From: Planctomycetota bacterium
GTDB taxonomy: Bacteria; Planctomycetota; UBA11346
DNA: 64,000 nucleotides
Assembly: GCA_038213805.1 (NCBI GenBank)
Contig: JBBQSO010000001.1
Span: forward strand, 101,005-165,004
Direction of reading: 5' to 3'
The translations under genes were made by a program, and so were the position numbers. Every line of letters starts with the position of its first letter. Positions within the stretch are counted from its first letter, which is position 1. The notes below the pieces were generated by a model. It was given only the letters and a program-made list of their open reading frames with translations, made no database searches and was not told where the DNA came from. Positions 38,883 through 49,248 of the stretch are shown here, one piece after another.

Positions 38883-41800
38883 ATGATCGCCCCCCTGATC
38901 CGCTTCGCCATCCAGCACCGCCTGCTGGTGGTCCTCACCGTCATCGCCATCGCGGTCGTCGGCGCCGTGCTGCTCGCGCGTTTGCCCATCGATGCCGTCC
39001 CGGACATCACCAACAACCAGGTGCAGATCAACACGGTGGTCCCCGCCCTGGCTCCGCAGGACGTCGAGCGCCAGGTCACCTTCCCGATCGAGACGGCGAT
39101 GGCAGGCATCCACGGGCTGGAGTACACGCGCTCGCTGTCGCGCAGCGGCTTCTCGCAGGTGACGGTGGTGTTCGCCGAGCACGTCGACATCTACTTCGCC
39201 CGCCAGCAGGTAGCGGAACGCTTGGCGGAGGCGCGGGAGGGCATGCCACCCGGGTCGGAGCCGCGCATGGGACCGATCACCACCGGCCTAGGCGAGATCT
39301 TCATGTACGCGGTGGAATTCGCCCATCCGGGCGGCCGCGGCGCCACCAGCGCCGCGGCCGGGCCCGGCTGGCGGGCCGACCGCTCCTACGTCACCCCGGA
39401 AGGGCAGCGGCTGGCGACGCCCGAGCAGCAGCTCACCTACCTGCGCACGGTGCAGGACTGGATCATCCGCCCGCAGCTCAAGAGCGTCCAGGACATCGCT
39501 GGCGTCGATTCGTTGGGCGGCTTCGCCAAGCAGTACGTCATCGAGCCCGATCCCAGACGCCTGCTGAGCTACGGCATCGCACTGCGCGAGATCGGCGAGG
39601 CCATCGAAAGGAACAACCGCTCGGCAGGAGCGCCGCCCATCGAGATCAACGGCGAGGCGTACGTGGTGCGTGCGGATGGTCGCGTGCCCTCCGCGGAAGC
39701 GCTCGGCACCATCGTCCTCGCCAGCCACGCGGGCACGCCGATCCGCGTCCGCGACGTCGCGGCGATCACCATCGGTCGCGAGGTCCGCTCCGGTTCGGCC
39801 TCGAAGAACGGCCAGGAGGTCGTCATCGGCACCGCGCTGATGCTGATCGGCGGCAACAGCCGCACCGCCGCGGCAGCAGTGCGGGAGCGGCTGGCCAAGG
39901 TGGTCAAATCCCTGCCGCCGGACGTGATCGCCGTGCCCATCCTCGACCGCTCCCGCCTGGTCGATGCGACCATCCACACGGTGGCGATGAACCTGGGCGA
40001 AGGCGCGTTGCTGGTGATCGCCGTGCTGTTCCTGCTGCTTGGGAACCTGCGCGGCGCGCTGATCGCCGCGCTGGTGATCCCGCTCGCGATGCTGATGGCG
40101 GCCATCGCCATGACGGGCTTCAAGGTCAGCGGCAACCTGATGAGTCTCGGCGCCCTCGACTTCGGCATCATCGTCGACACCGCGGTGATCCTGGTGGAGA
40201 ACTGCCTGCTGCGCCTCGGGCAGCGCCAGCTCGCGCTCGGCCGGGTACTGACGCTGCAGGAACGCCTGCACGAGACCTCGGCTTCGACCCGGGAGATGAT
40301 CCAGCCGACGGTCTTCGGCCAGCTCATCATCATGACCGTGTACCTGCCCATCCTCGCCCTCACCGGGGTGGAGGGGAAGATGTTCACTCCCATGGCGCAG
40401 ACCGTGCTCTTCGCCCTGGTCGCGGCGTTCATCCTGACCTTGACCCTGGTCCCCGCCCTGGTCGCCCTGCTCATGCGCGGACGGGTGGGCGAGCATGAAA
40501 ACCGGGCCATGCGCGCGGCCAAACGCGCCTACGCACCCGTGGTAGGCTGGGCCGTGCGCTGGCGCTGGGCGATGATCTCCGTCGCGGTGCTGCTGGTGGG
40601 CGTCTCGGCCTGGCTCTTCACCCAGCTCGGCCGGGAGTTCATTCCCAAGCTCGATGAGGGCGACCTCGCCATCGGCTCGGTGCGCCTCCCCTCGGTCGGC
40701 GTCGAGCAGGCGACGGCGCTGCAGCTCGAGGTCGAGAAGGTCATCATGTCCCATCCGGAGGTGGCCTACACCTTCTCGAGGACCGGCACGGCCGAGATCG
40801 CTACCGACCCGATGCCGCCGTCGATCTCGGATGGCTTCACCATCCTCAAGCCGCGTCGCGAGTGGCCGGATCCGCACCTGGGGAAGGACGCACTCGGCGA
40901 GCGCATCGAAAAATCTCTGGCGGTGGTTCCCGGCCAGAACCACGAGGTCTCGCAACCGATCGAGAACCGCTTCAATGAGCTGATTGCCGGCGTGCGCGCC
41001 GACGTCGCAGTCAAGGTCTTCGGCGACCGCTTCGAGGACCTGCTGCCGGTCGCGAACGCCATCGCCAAGGTGCTCGCAGCCGTGCCTGGCGCCGAAGGCG
41101 TCCGCGTCGAGCAGGTCGAGGGTGCGCCCAGCGTGAGCGTGACCGTCGACCGCGAAGCCTGCAGCCGCATCGGGATCAACGTCGCCGACGTGCAGGCGGT
41201 CGTCGCGGCGGCGCTCGGTGGCCAGGAGGCAGGCATGATCTTCGAGGGGGATCGCCGCTTCCAGATCGTGGTTCGGCTGTCCGACGCCGCCCGGCAAGAC
41301 CTCGCCGCGCTCGAACGCCTGCCGATACCGCTGCCGGATGCCGGTCATGTGGCGGGCGCGTCCGGGGGCGCGCGCTCCATCCAGCTGGGCGCCGTCGCGC
41401 AGGTCGAGCTCGCGGAGGGCCTGAACCAGGTCAGCCGCGAGAACGGCAAGCGGCGGGTCGTGGTCCAGGCGAATGTCCGTGGCACGGATCTCGGCACCTT
41501 CGTCGAGCGGGCGCAGCGCGAGGTCGACGCCCAGGTCACCCTGCCGGCCGCCATCTGGCTGGGCTGGGGCGGGCAGTTCGAAAACCTGCAGGCGGCGCGC
41601 GCGCGCCTGGCCGTGGTCGTGCCCGCCTGCCTGCTGCTGGTCCTGGTGCTGCTCTTCACCACCTTCAATTCGATGAAGTACGCGCTGCTGGTCTTCGCCA
41701 GCGTCCCCATGGCGCTATCTGGTGGTGTCATCGCCCTCTGGCTCACCGGCATGCCGTTCTCGATCTCGGCCGCGGTCGGCTTCATCGCGCTTTCGGGCGT

Positions 41801-42149
41801 GGCCGTGCTCAACGGCCTGGTGATGGTGTCCTGCATCAACCAGCTGCGCCGAAAGGAAGGCCTGGGCCTGGAAGATGCGGTGCGGCTGGGCGCGCTCACC
41901 CGCCTGCGCGCGATGATCATGACCGCCCTGCTCGGCGCGCTCGGCTACGTGCCCATGGCCTTCGCCACCGGGCAGGGCGCCGAGGTCCAGAAGCCGCTCG
42001 CGATCGTGGTCATCGGCGGGATCCTGTCGTCCGCGCTGCTGACGCTGGTGGTGCTGCCGGCGCTCTACCGGATCTGGCATCGGCGCGACGACCGCATCTG
42101 CGCAGACGATGACGAGGACCTCGCGCAGGTGGATCGCCCGGTGGGGTGA
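38883..42149 (+). CDS. czcA: CusA/CzcA heavy-metal RND permease
   Basis: LPIDAVPDITNNQVQINT, NLMSLGALDFGIIVD, PKLDEGD, GAEVQKPLA motifs. Confidence 0.93.
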   Translation: MIAPLIRFAIQHRLLVVLTVIAIAVVGAVLLARLPIDAVPDITNNQVQINTVVPALAPQDVERQVTFPIETAMAGIHGLEYTRSLSRSGFSQVTVVFAEHVDIYFARQQVAERLAEAREGMPPGSEPRMGPITTGLGEIFMYAVEFAHPGGRGATSAAAGPGWRADRSYVTPEGQRLATPEQQLTYLRTVQDWIIRPQLKSVQDIAGVDSLGGFAKQYVIEPDPRRLLSYGIALREIGEAIERNNRSAGAPPIEINGEAYVVRADGRVPSAEALGTIVLASHAGTPIRVRDVAAITIGREVRSGSASKNGQEVVIGTALMLIGGNSRTAAAAVRERLAKVVKSLPPDVIAVPILDRSRLVDATIHTVAMNLGEGALLVIAVLFLLLGNLRGALIAALVIPLAMLMAAIAMTGFKVSGNLMSLGALDFGIIVDTAVILVENCLLRLGQRQLALGRVLTLQERLHETSASTREMIQPTVFGQLIIMTVYLPILALTGVEGKMFTPMAQTVLFALVAAFILTLTLVPALVALLMRGRVGEHENRAMRAAKRAYAPVVGWAVRWRWAMISVAVLLVGVSAWLFTQLGREFIPKLDEGDLAIGSVRLPSVGVEQATALQLEVEKVIMSHPEVAYTFSRTGTAEIATDPMPPSISDGFTILKPRREWPDPHLGKDALGERIEKSLAVVPGQNHEVSQPIENRFNELIAGVRADVAVKVFGDRFEDLLPVANAIAKVLAAVPGAEGVRVEQVEGAPSVSVTVDREACSRIGINVADVQAVVAAALGGQEAGMIFEGDRRFQIVVRLSDAARQDLAALERLPIPLPDAGHVAGASGGARSIQLGAVAQVELAEGLNQVSRENGKRRVVVQANVRGTDLGTFVERAQREVDAQVTLPAAIWLGWGGQFENLQAARARLAVVVPACLLLVLVLLFTTFNSMKYALLVFASVPMALSGGVIALWLTGMPFSISAAVGFIALSGVAVLNGLVMVSCINQLRRKEGLGLEDAVRLGALTRLRAMIMTALLGALGYVPMAFATGQGAEVQKPLAIVVIGGILSSALLTLVVLPALYRIWHRRDDRICADDDEDLAQVDRPVG

Positions 42150-42201
42150 GCGCGAACACCTGGCGCAGGGGCGTGGCAGCCCAGTAGATCAGCAGTCCGG
42201 G

Positions 42202-45200
42202 TCAGCGCACGCGCAGCGCCACCAGCAGCGCCGGCAGCACGACCAGTGCCAGCGGCAGCTGCGCGAGCAGGCCGGAGATGATGGCGATGGCCAGCGGCTG
42301 CTGCATGGCCGCGCCCTGGCCGAGCCCGAGCGCGAGCGGCGCCAGCGCCAGGATGGCGGCGAGGATGGTCATGGCGATCGGGCGCATGCGCGCCAGGCCG
42401 GCCTGGATCAGGCGTTCGGCCAGGGGCGCCTCCGTCGGCAGCGCCGCGCACTCGGAGTAGAAGATGATGGCGACCTCGGTCACGATGCCGACGACCATGG
42501 TCAGGCCCATCAGCGCGGTGAGGTTGAGGTCGGTCCCGGTCAGGCGCAGGCCGATGAAAACCGCGGCCAGCGACAGCCCGGTGGTCGCGGCCACCGCCAG
42601 CGCGATGCGCAGGCTCTGGTAGAGTGCGACCAGCAGCACGACCACCAGCAGCGCGGCGACGCCGATGGTGACCGAGAGGTCGGCGAAGGCGAGCTGCTGC
42701 TGTTCGTAGAGGCCGCCGAGCCGCCAGGTCACCCCGGCGGGCACCACGCCGGGCTGCGCGAGCAGTGCCTGGACGTCGTGCACTGCGGCGCCCAGGTCAC
42801 GCTGATCGATGCGCGCCGTCACCGCCACCGCGCGGCCGAGATCGTCATGCATGATCTCGGGCTGACCGCTGAGCTGCTGCAGCGTCGCGACCCGCCCGAG
42901 CGCCACCAGGTGGCCGTCGGCTGCGCGCACCTGCACAGCGGCGAGATCGGCGGCGGTGGCGCGCGCACTGCGCGGCGCCTGGACGCGCACCGCGATCATC
43001 TCCGGACCACGCCGCACCCGCGTGACCGCCTGGCCTGCGAGGTGGACGGACACGGCGCGCGTGATCGCTTCGGCGTCGACCCCCTCCTGGGCGGCGCGCT
43101 GCTGGTCGATGGCGATGTCGAGGACATCGCCCGCGACGCGGATGCCATCCTTGATGTCGACCACGCCCTGCACCTTGGCAAGACCTGCAGCCACCGCCCT
43201 GGCGGCGCCGTCGAGCACCACACCGTCCTCGTTGGCGAGGACCACCTCGATGGGCTGCGGGTTGGCGATGAGGTCGCCAATGAGGTCCTCCATGAGCTGG
43301 GCCATCTCGATCTCGAGGCCGGGCACGCCGTGCAGCACGGTGGCGCGCACCTCGTCCATGACCTCTTCGACCTCGCGGCGCGGCGGCGCTTTCAGGCGCA
43401 CGAAGAAGTCGCCTTCGTTGGACTCGGTCAGTCCGCCGCCGAGCTGCAGGCCGGTGCGCCGCGAATACGTCGCGACCTCGGGCGTGGCACGCAGGATGGC
43501 TTCGACCTGAAGCAACAAGCGGTCGGTCTCGGCCAGCGAGGTGCCGGGCGCGGCGCGGTAATCGAGAATGAAGCCGCCCTCGTCCATGACCGGCATGAAG
43601 CCGGTGCCGACGCGCTCGTAACTCGACCAGCCCCACCACGCGATGGGCACGATCGCCAGCAGCACCAGCGCCGGGTGTGGCAGCAGCCGGCGCATCAGGC
43701 CGGCGTAGACGCGGTTGATCCACGCGCCCAGCCGGCCGCCCTCGTGCTGGTCGGCGTCGCGCTGGCGCAGCAGCAACGCGGCGAGCAGCGGCACCACCAG
43801 CCACGCGATCAAGAAGGACCAGCCCAGGGCGATGGCCATGGTCAGCGACAGCGCCTGGAAGAACGCACCGGTCACGCCCGACAGGAAGGCCAGCGGCACG
43901 AAGATGACGATGGTCGCGGCCGATGATCCGGCCAGCGGCTTGAGGAAGGCCGCAGCCTCGCCGAGCACCACGTGGCCGGCCGCGCTGCGCCGCGCGCGGA
44001 TGCGCCGTACCAGGTGCTCGACCATGACGATGGCGTCGTCGATGATCAGCCCGACCGCCGCGGCCATGCCGCCCAGGGTCATGATGTTGAGGCTCATGCC
44101 CGCGGCGTGCAGCAGCAGCGCAGTGGCGAGCAGCACCGCCGGCACCGCGATCAGCGCGATCAGGGTGATGGTCAGATTGCGCAGGAAGGCGAGCAGCACC
44201 AGCGCCGCCAGGCCGACGCCGATGGCGATCGCCTCGGCCACGCTCCACGCCGCCGCGGTGATCAGCTCGCTCTGATCGTACCAGGCGGCGAGCGCGGCAC
44301 CGCGTGGCAGCCCGGTTTGGTCGGTGGCGACCAGCGCGCGGATCGCCCCCGCGATCGCCACAGTATTGCCGCCCGGCTGCTGATAGACCTGCACCAGCAC
44401 CGCGTCGTGGCCGTCGGCGGTGACGCGCTGCCAGCGCGGCGCGGTGCCCAGCACCACGCGCCCGACATCGCCCAGGTGCACCGCCCCGTCGGCGCCCTGG
44501 CGCACCACCAGCGCGGCTAGGCGTTCGGGCGTGTCGAGTTCGGCATCGGCCATCACCAACGACAGCTTGCCGCGGTCCTCGAGGCGCCCGACCGCCTCCA
44601 GCACATTGGCGCGTTGCAGGCTCTGGGCGACGTCCTCCAGCGTCAGGCCGTACGCCTGCAGGCGCGCCGGTGCGAGTTCGACCTGCCATTCGGCGAGTTC
44701 GCCGCCCAGCACCTCGACCCTGGCGACGCCCGCCACGCGCGCGAGCAGCGGCCGCAGGCGGTGCTGGGCGTAGGCGCGCAGCTCGGCCAGGGTCTGGCGG
44801 TCCGAGACCAGGCTGTAGGCCAGGCACGGGAACACCGTCGGATCCATGCGCCGGATGTCGAAGGTGGTGCCGGGCGGCAGCCGCGGCAGCACTTGGGTGA
44901 CGGCCGACTGCGCACGCAGCAGCGCGGCAGGCATGTCATCACCCCAGGCGAAGGTCAGCGACACCTCGGCCGCACCACGGCTGGTGACGGAACGCTGGTG
45001 CTGCACGCCGGGCACCGCGCGCAGGGCCTCTTCCAGCGGCGCGGTCACCTCGATGGCCATGCGCTCTGCCGGATGATCGCCGGCATCGACGCTGACCACC
45101 ACGCGCGGGAAGGACGCCTGCGGGAACAGCGCCACGGGCATGCGCCACAGCGCCGCGCCGCCGGCCGCCACCAGCAGGCCGAGGATGAGCAGGATGGCGC

Positions 45201-45237
45201 GACGGTGCGCGAGCAGCCACGGCACGGGCGTGGTCAT
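42202..45237 (-). CDS. RND efflux permease (AcrB/CusA-like)
   Basis: PVALFP, NIMTLGG..GLIIDDAIVMVE, MDEGGFILDY, RMRPIAMT, QPLAIAIISG. Confidence 0.92.
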   Translation of the reverse strand: MTTPVPWLLAHRRAILLILGLLVAAGGAALWRMPVALFPQASFPRVVVSVDAGDHPAERMAIEVTAPLEEALRAVPGVQHQRSVTSRGAAEVSLTFAWGDDMPAALLRAQSAVTQVLPRLPPGTTFDIRRMDPTVFPCLAYSLVSDRQTLAELRAYAQHRLRPLLARVAGVARVEVLGGELAEWQVELAPARLQAYGLTLEDVAQSLQRANVLEAVGRLEDRGKLSLVMADAELDTPERLAALVVRQGADGAVHLGDVGRVVLGTAPRWQRVTADGHDAVLVQVYQQPGGNTVAIAGAIRALVATDQTGLPRGAALAAWYDQSELITAAAWSVAEAIAIGVGLAALVLLAFLRNLTITLIALIAVPAVLLATALLLHAAGMSLNIMTLGGMAAAVGLIIDDAIVMVEHLVRRIRARRSAAGHVVLGEAAAFLKPLAGSSAATIVIFVPLAFLSGVTGAFFQALSLTMAIALGWSFLIAWLVVPLLAALLLRQRDADQHEGGRLGAWINRVYAGLMRRLLPHPALVLLAIVPIAWWGWSSYERVGTGFMPVMDEGGFILDYRAAPGTSLAETDRLLLQVEAILRATPEVATYSRRTGLQLGGGLTESNEGDFFVRLKAPPRREVEEVMDEVRATVLHGVPGLEIEMAQLMEDLIGDLIANPQPIEVVLANEDGVVLDGAARAVAAGLAKVQGVVDIKDGIRVAGDVLDIAIDQQRAAQEGVDAEAITRAVSVHLAGQAVTRVRRGPEMIAVRVQAPRSARATAADLAAVQVRAADGHLVALGRVATLQQLSGQPEIMHDDLGRAVAVTARIDQRDLGAAVHDVQALLAQPGVVPAGVTWRLGGLYEQQQLAFADLSVTIGVAALLVVVLLVALYQSLRIALAVAATTGLSLAAVFIGLRLTGTDLNLTALMGLTMVVGIVTEVAIIFYSECAALPTEAPLAERLIQAGLARMRPIAMTILAAILALAPLALGLGQGAAMQQPLAIAIISGLLAQLPLALVVLPALLVALRVR

Positions 45238-46442
45238 TTCGCAGGATCTTTCGCGTCTTTGTCGTCTTTCGCGTCTTTCGCGTCTTTGTCGTCCTTCGCA
45301 TCCTTATCGGCTTTTGCATCCTTCGCGTCTTTGTCCTCTGCCCCCGCTTTCGCGTCCGCGCCTCTCCCATCCGCCGCGACGATAGCGACGGCCATGCCGT
45401 CGGTGAGCTCAGCGGCGCCTTCGACCACCACGTCATTGCCGACAGCAAGTCCGGCGCCGGCGAGCGCGGCGAGCGACTGGGTCTCGGCGGCGATGGTGAC
45501 GACGTGGCGCGCGGCCTTGCCATCGTGCACGGTGAACACCGCGAAACCGTCATCGCCCTGGACCAGCGCTGCGCGCGGCACCACCAGCGCGCGCGCGGCG
45601 CGCAGCGGCAGCTCCGCCGTGAGGTACTCACCGGCGACCAGGCCGGCGCCGTCGGGGATCGCCACCACCGCGTCGCGCAGGCGGGTCTCCGGGGTGAGCT
45701 GGCCGGCGAGCGCCGCCACGGTCAGTTCGAGCGGCGGCGTTTCCGGACTGCGTGCCGGCCTGAGCAGCACGCGCTGCCCCGGCGCGATGGCCCGCGCCTG
45801 CTGCGGATCCAGACCGAGGCGAACTTCGAGGTGTCCCGCGATCGCCATCTCGACCAGCACGGTGCCGGCCGGCACCTGCTGACCGGCCTGGGCGGCGACG
45901 CGCGTCACCTGGCAGGCGGTGGCGCAGGTCAGCGCGCTGACCGCGGCCACGCGCTGCGCCGCCGCGGCGACGCGCACCTCGGCGAGTTCGAGCGCCGCCT
46001 GCGCCTGGCCAAGCTCAAGGCGGGTGGCGAGCTGGGCCGCGAGGCGCGCCTGCGCCTGCGCGAGATCGCGGCGTGCCGCAGTCTGCACCGCGACCGCCTC
46101 GACCTGCTGGGCGAGGACCTCGACGCCCGGCTCGAGCTCGACCAGGGTCGTGCCGGCGGCGAGCACCTGGCCGGGGGCGACCAGCACGGCGCGCACGCGG
46201 CAGTCGGCGGGTGCAGCGGCGACGCGGATGCCGGGGGCCGCTACGGCGACGGTGCCGGCGGCGGGCAGCGCCACCTCCAACGCGTCCTCGACGATGGCGG
46301 CGACGCGCACCTGGCAGATGGCGGCGGCCTCCGCCGGCTCCGCGGCCGCGGGCGCGGCGTCGTGCGCGGCGCCGCAGCCGGCCAAGAGGACCGCCAGCGC
46401 GCAGCCCAGCGCCCCCAGGATGGTGGTGGCGGGATGGCTCAT
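45234..46442 (-). CDS. RND periplasmic adaptor with Lys/Asp/Ala-rich tail
   Basis: Lipobox LAGC, VAPGQVLAAGT, GQQVPAG and VVPRAAL motifs. Start MSHPATT at 46442. Confidence 0.85.
   Translation of the reverse strand: MSHPATTILGALGCALAVLLAGCGAAHDAAPAAAEPAEAAAICQVRVAAIVEDALEVALPAAGTVAVAAPGIRVAAAPADCRVRAVLVAPGQVLAAGTTLVELEPGVEVLAQQVEAVAVQTAARRDLAQAQARLAAQLATRLELGQAQAALELAEVRVAAAAQRVAAVSALTCATACQVTRVAAQAGQQVPAGTVLVEMAIAGHLEVRLGLDPQQARAIAPGQRVLLRPARSPETPPLELTVAALAGQLTPETRLRDAVVAIPDGAGLVAGEYLTAELPLRAARALVVPRAALVQGDDGFAVFTVHDGKAARHVVTIAAETQSLAALAGAGLAVGNDVVVEGAAELTDGMAVAIVAADGRGADAKAGAEDKDAKDAKADKDAKDDKDAKDAKDDKDAKDPAK
45245..45335 (-). repeat. Degenerate 9-bp tandem repeat encoding (KDA/KDD)n
   Basis: Units such as gcgtctttc/gtcgtcttt; the protein tail reads DKDAKDAKADKDAKDDKDAKDAKDDKDAKD. 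Confidence 0.8.
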
Positions 46443-47848
46443 GGCTGCTCCGTGCGGGTCGGGAAGGCCGGTGCGACCAGGTCCGGCAGCAGGCGGCCGG
46501 CGGTCAGTTCGATGGCGATGCGCAGCTCGGCAAGGTGCTGACGCGCGGCGATGGCCTCGCCCCGGCGCTGCCACGCCTGCACGGCGAGCCCGTGGGCGGT
46601 CACCACATCGAGTTGGCCATCCGCCAGCGCCGCCGCCGCTGCCGCCGCCGCCGCGCCCGCGTCCCCGACCGCCTGGTCGAGGTGCGCGATCCGCGTCGCG
46701 GTCGCCGTGGCCTCGCCGCAAGCCGCGGCAAGGTCGTTCTGCGCCTCGAACAGGCGCTGGACGTACTCGTCGAACAGGCGCTGGCGGGTGGCCGTCTCGC
46801 TGGCGATGGCGCCCTGGTTGCGATCGAAGATCGGCAGGTCGATGGTCACGCCGAGATTGAGTGCCGTCACCGCGCTGGTGTCGCGCGCCCGCGTCAGGCC
46901 CACGCTGATGCGCGGAAACTGGCCGAGGACCGCGGCGCGCACCGCCTCCTCCTGGCTGGCATAGCCGCGGCGCAGGGCGATCAGGTCGAGGCGCTGCTCC
47001 TCCAGGGCTGCGACCAGCCCGGTGGGGATGGCGAGCACGGTCGGCCACGCCGGCATGCGCACCGCGAGACGATGCTCCGCAGGCAGGCCGAGGATGCGCG
47101 CCAGCTGCAGGCGCTGGCCCGCGCATTCCTGGCGCAGGTCAAGGACCGCGCCGTGGGCATCGCTGCTGGCCGACGCCGCGGTGGTGGCCTCGAGACCGGT
47201 GCTGAGTCCGGCCTCGCCCGCGCGCCGCACCGCTGCCAGCTGCGCAGCTGCGGCGGTGTCGGCGTCCTCCGCCAGGGCCAGGCGCTGCGTCGCGCCCGCC
47301 AGGCGCACCGCGGCCTGGCGGGCGCCGGCGGCGACCTGCCATTCCTGCCAGGCGAGGTCCAGATCGACCGCCTCCGCATGCGCGCTGGCGGCCGCCACGC
47401 GTGCGCCGCGCGTGACCAGCGTGCTGATCTCCCAGCCCAGGCCGACGCTGTTGCCGCGTGTGGCCGCGCCGTCGGGACTGCGCACCGCCAGATCGGTGCC
47501 GAGCGACAGCTGGGGATTGGGCAGGATCCCGGCCTGCACCAGCGCGGCCTGGGCCGTCGCGCGCTCGGCGCGCAGGGCGCGCAGGCCGGGGTTGACCAGC
47601 ACCGCGATCAGCGCGAGCTGGTCGGGATCCTGGTCGGCGTCCGGATCGATGGCCAGCGCGGGCAGCCGCGGATGGTGAAGGTCGCTGCAGCGCTGGCGCA
47701 GCTCCGGCGCGTCGGGTGGCGCCAGCGCTGCGGCGACCGCCTCGTGGGACAGCGGCTGCGCGCGGTAGGCCGTGCACCCGCCGAGAACGAGGGCCGCCAC
47801 GCCCACCAGCAACGCGTGCGACGTGGCGGTGGAAGCGGGCGTGCTCAT
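46439..47848 (-). CDS. TolC-family outer membrane efflux protein
   Basis: Lipobox LGGC, GILPNPQL, LPIFDRNQGAI. Confidence 0.88.
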   Translation of the reverse strand: MSTPASTATSHALLVGVAALVLGGCTAYRAQPLSHEAVAAALAPPDAPELRQRCSDLHHPRLPALAIDPDADQDPDQLALIAVLVNPGLRALRAERATAQAALVQAGILPNPQLSLGTDLAVRSPDGAATRGNSVGLGWEISTLVTRGARVAAASAHAEAVDLDLAWQEWQVAAGARQAAVRLAGATQRLALAEDADTAAAAQLAAVRRAGEAGLSTGLEATTAASASSDAHGAVLDLRQECAGQRLQLARILGLPAEHRLAVRMPAWPTVLAIPTGLVAALEEQRLDLIALRRGYASQEEAVRAAVLGQFPRISVGLTRARDTSAVTALNLGVTIDLPIFDRNQGAIASETATRQRLFDEYVQRLFEAQNDLAAACGEATATATRIAHLDQAVGDAGAAAAAAAAALADGQLDVVTAHGLAVQAWQRRGEAIAARQHLAELRIAIELTAGRLLPDLVAPAFPTRTEQP

Positions 47849-49248
47849 GCGGCTACTTTCGTCGCGGACAGCCCGGGCAGGCGCACCGTGACCGTGAACC
47901 AGCGGTCGACGCTGGTCGCGGCGATGGTGCCGCCGAGCGCGGCGACCAGATCGTGGCACAGGCTCAGGCCAAGGCCGCAGTGGCGCCCGGTGGCGGCGCG
48001 CGCCGCATCGCCGCGCCAGAAGCGGTCGAAGATGCGCCCCACCGCGGAGGGCGGCAGGGTGGCGGCGGCGTTGCGTACCTCGATGACCAGGGCGCCGGCC
48101 TGGTCGCAGGTCGCGATGTGCACGGTGCCGGGCGCCTCGGCGTGGCTCACGGCGTTGTCGAGCAGGTTGGCGATGACCATGCGCAGGCATTCGCGGTCGG
48201 TGACCACGGCGCCGGCGTGGCCGTGGCTCCAATGTGCGGCCAGGCCACGCGCCGCGGCGGCCCCGGCTTGCGGTGCCCAGCAGTCGGCAAGCAGTTCTGG
48301 CACCGCCACCGCGCGCGGAGAGATCGCGACCAGGCCGGCGTCGAGCTTGGCGAGCAGCAGCAGGCGCTCGATCATCGCGCGCAGCTCGCCGGCCATAGCT
48401 TGGCACGAGGCCAGGGCTTCACGGTATTCCTCGGGCGCGCGCTCGCGGCTGCGGCACACCTCGATGGTGGTGAGCAGGCCGGCGAGCGGCGTGCGCAGCT
48501 CGTGGGCGATGGCGGCGTTGAAGGACTTCTCCTTGGCGAAGGCCTGGTCGAGGCCAGCGAGCAGCGCATTGAGGCGACTGATCACCGGCGCCAGCTCGCG
48601 CTGCTCCGGCAGCGGCAGGCGCGTCCCCAGCGAGCGGTCATCAAGACTGGCGATGCGCTCCGCGAGCTGGTCGAGCGGCGCCAGCGCGCGCGTCAGGATC
48701 CAACCCATCACCACGCCGGCCACGACGCAGGCCACAGCGGTGACGCTCGCCAGCACCCAGCGCAGGCGGCTGAGCGCCAGCTCGATGCCGTCCGCCGCGC
48801 GCGCGGTGGTGACCGCGATGGTCGGTGCCGGTGCGCCGGGCACGGCGTCGTCCGCCTCCGCGGCGGCGGTGAAAATCCAGGTGGCGAAGCGGGCGGGCGC
48901 GCCATTTGGCAGGCGCAGCGTGCCGACCACGCCCACCGTGGCCCCCGGGTCGAGACCGGCGGCGACCGCGGGCGCCGAGCGCACGATGATGCCCCCATCG
49001 GCCCCGCGCAGGACGTAGGCCATGCCCTGCCAGTCCTCAGGGATCTCGGGGTGGTAGCGCACTCGTCCACCGTCGACGTGCGCCTCGACCATGGCCGCGA
49101 GCGAGCGCGCCTGGAGCTGCAGCCCGGCATCGAACTCGCCGAGCAGCGACGCGCGCAGCAGCACGTAGACCGCGCAGCCGGAAGCGGCGAGCACCATTCC
49201 GGCGGTGGCGATGGCGCCGGCGAGCACGCGGCCGCGGATCGACGTCAT
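47845..49248 (-). CDS. Sensor histidine kinase (HAMP-HisKA-HATPase)
   Basis: Two TM helices, AHELRTPL, NLLDNA, FDRFWRGD, GLGLS. Start MTSIRGR at 49248. Confidence 0.92.
   Translation of the reverse strand: MTSIRGRVLAGAIATAGMVLAASGCAVYVLLRASLLGEFDAGLQLQARSLAAMVEAHVDGGRVRYHPEIPEDWQGMAYVLRGADGGIIVRSAPAVAAGLDPGATVGVVGTLRLPNGAPARFATWIFTAAAEADDAVPGAPAPTIAVTTARAADGIELALSRLRWVLASVTAVACVVAGVVMGWILTRALAPLDQLAERIASLDDRSLGTRLPLPEQRELAPVISRLNALLAGLDQAFAKEKSFNAAIAHELRTPLAGLLTTIEVCRSRERAPEEYREALASCQAMAGELRAMIERLLLLAKLDAGLVAISPRAVAVPELLADCWAPQAGAAAARGLAAHWSHGHAGAVVTDRECLRMVIANLLDNAVSHAEAPGTVHIATCDQAGALVIEVRNAAATLPPSAVGRIFDRFWRGDAARAATGRHCGLGLSLCHDLVAALGGTIAATSVDRWFTVTVRLPGLSATKVAA

Noticed and set aside
46073..49018. 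981-aa plus-strand ORF and similar long antisense ORFs (1288-2997, 25318-27171, 39288-41348, 42109-43926)
   Set aside because: Each lies opposite a gene with clear family motifs and has none itself.
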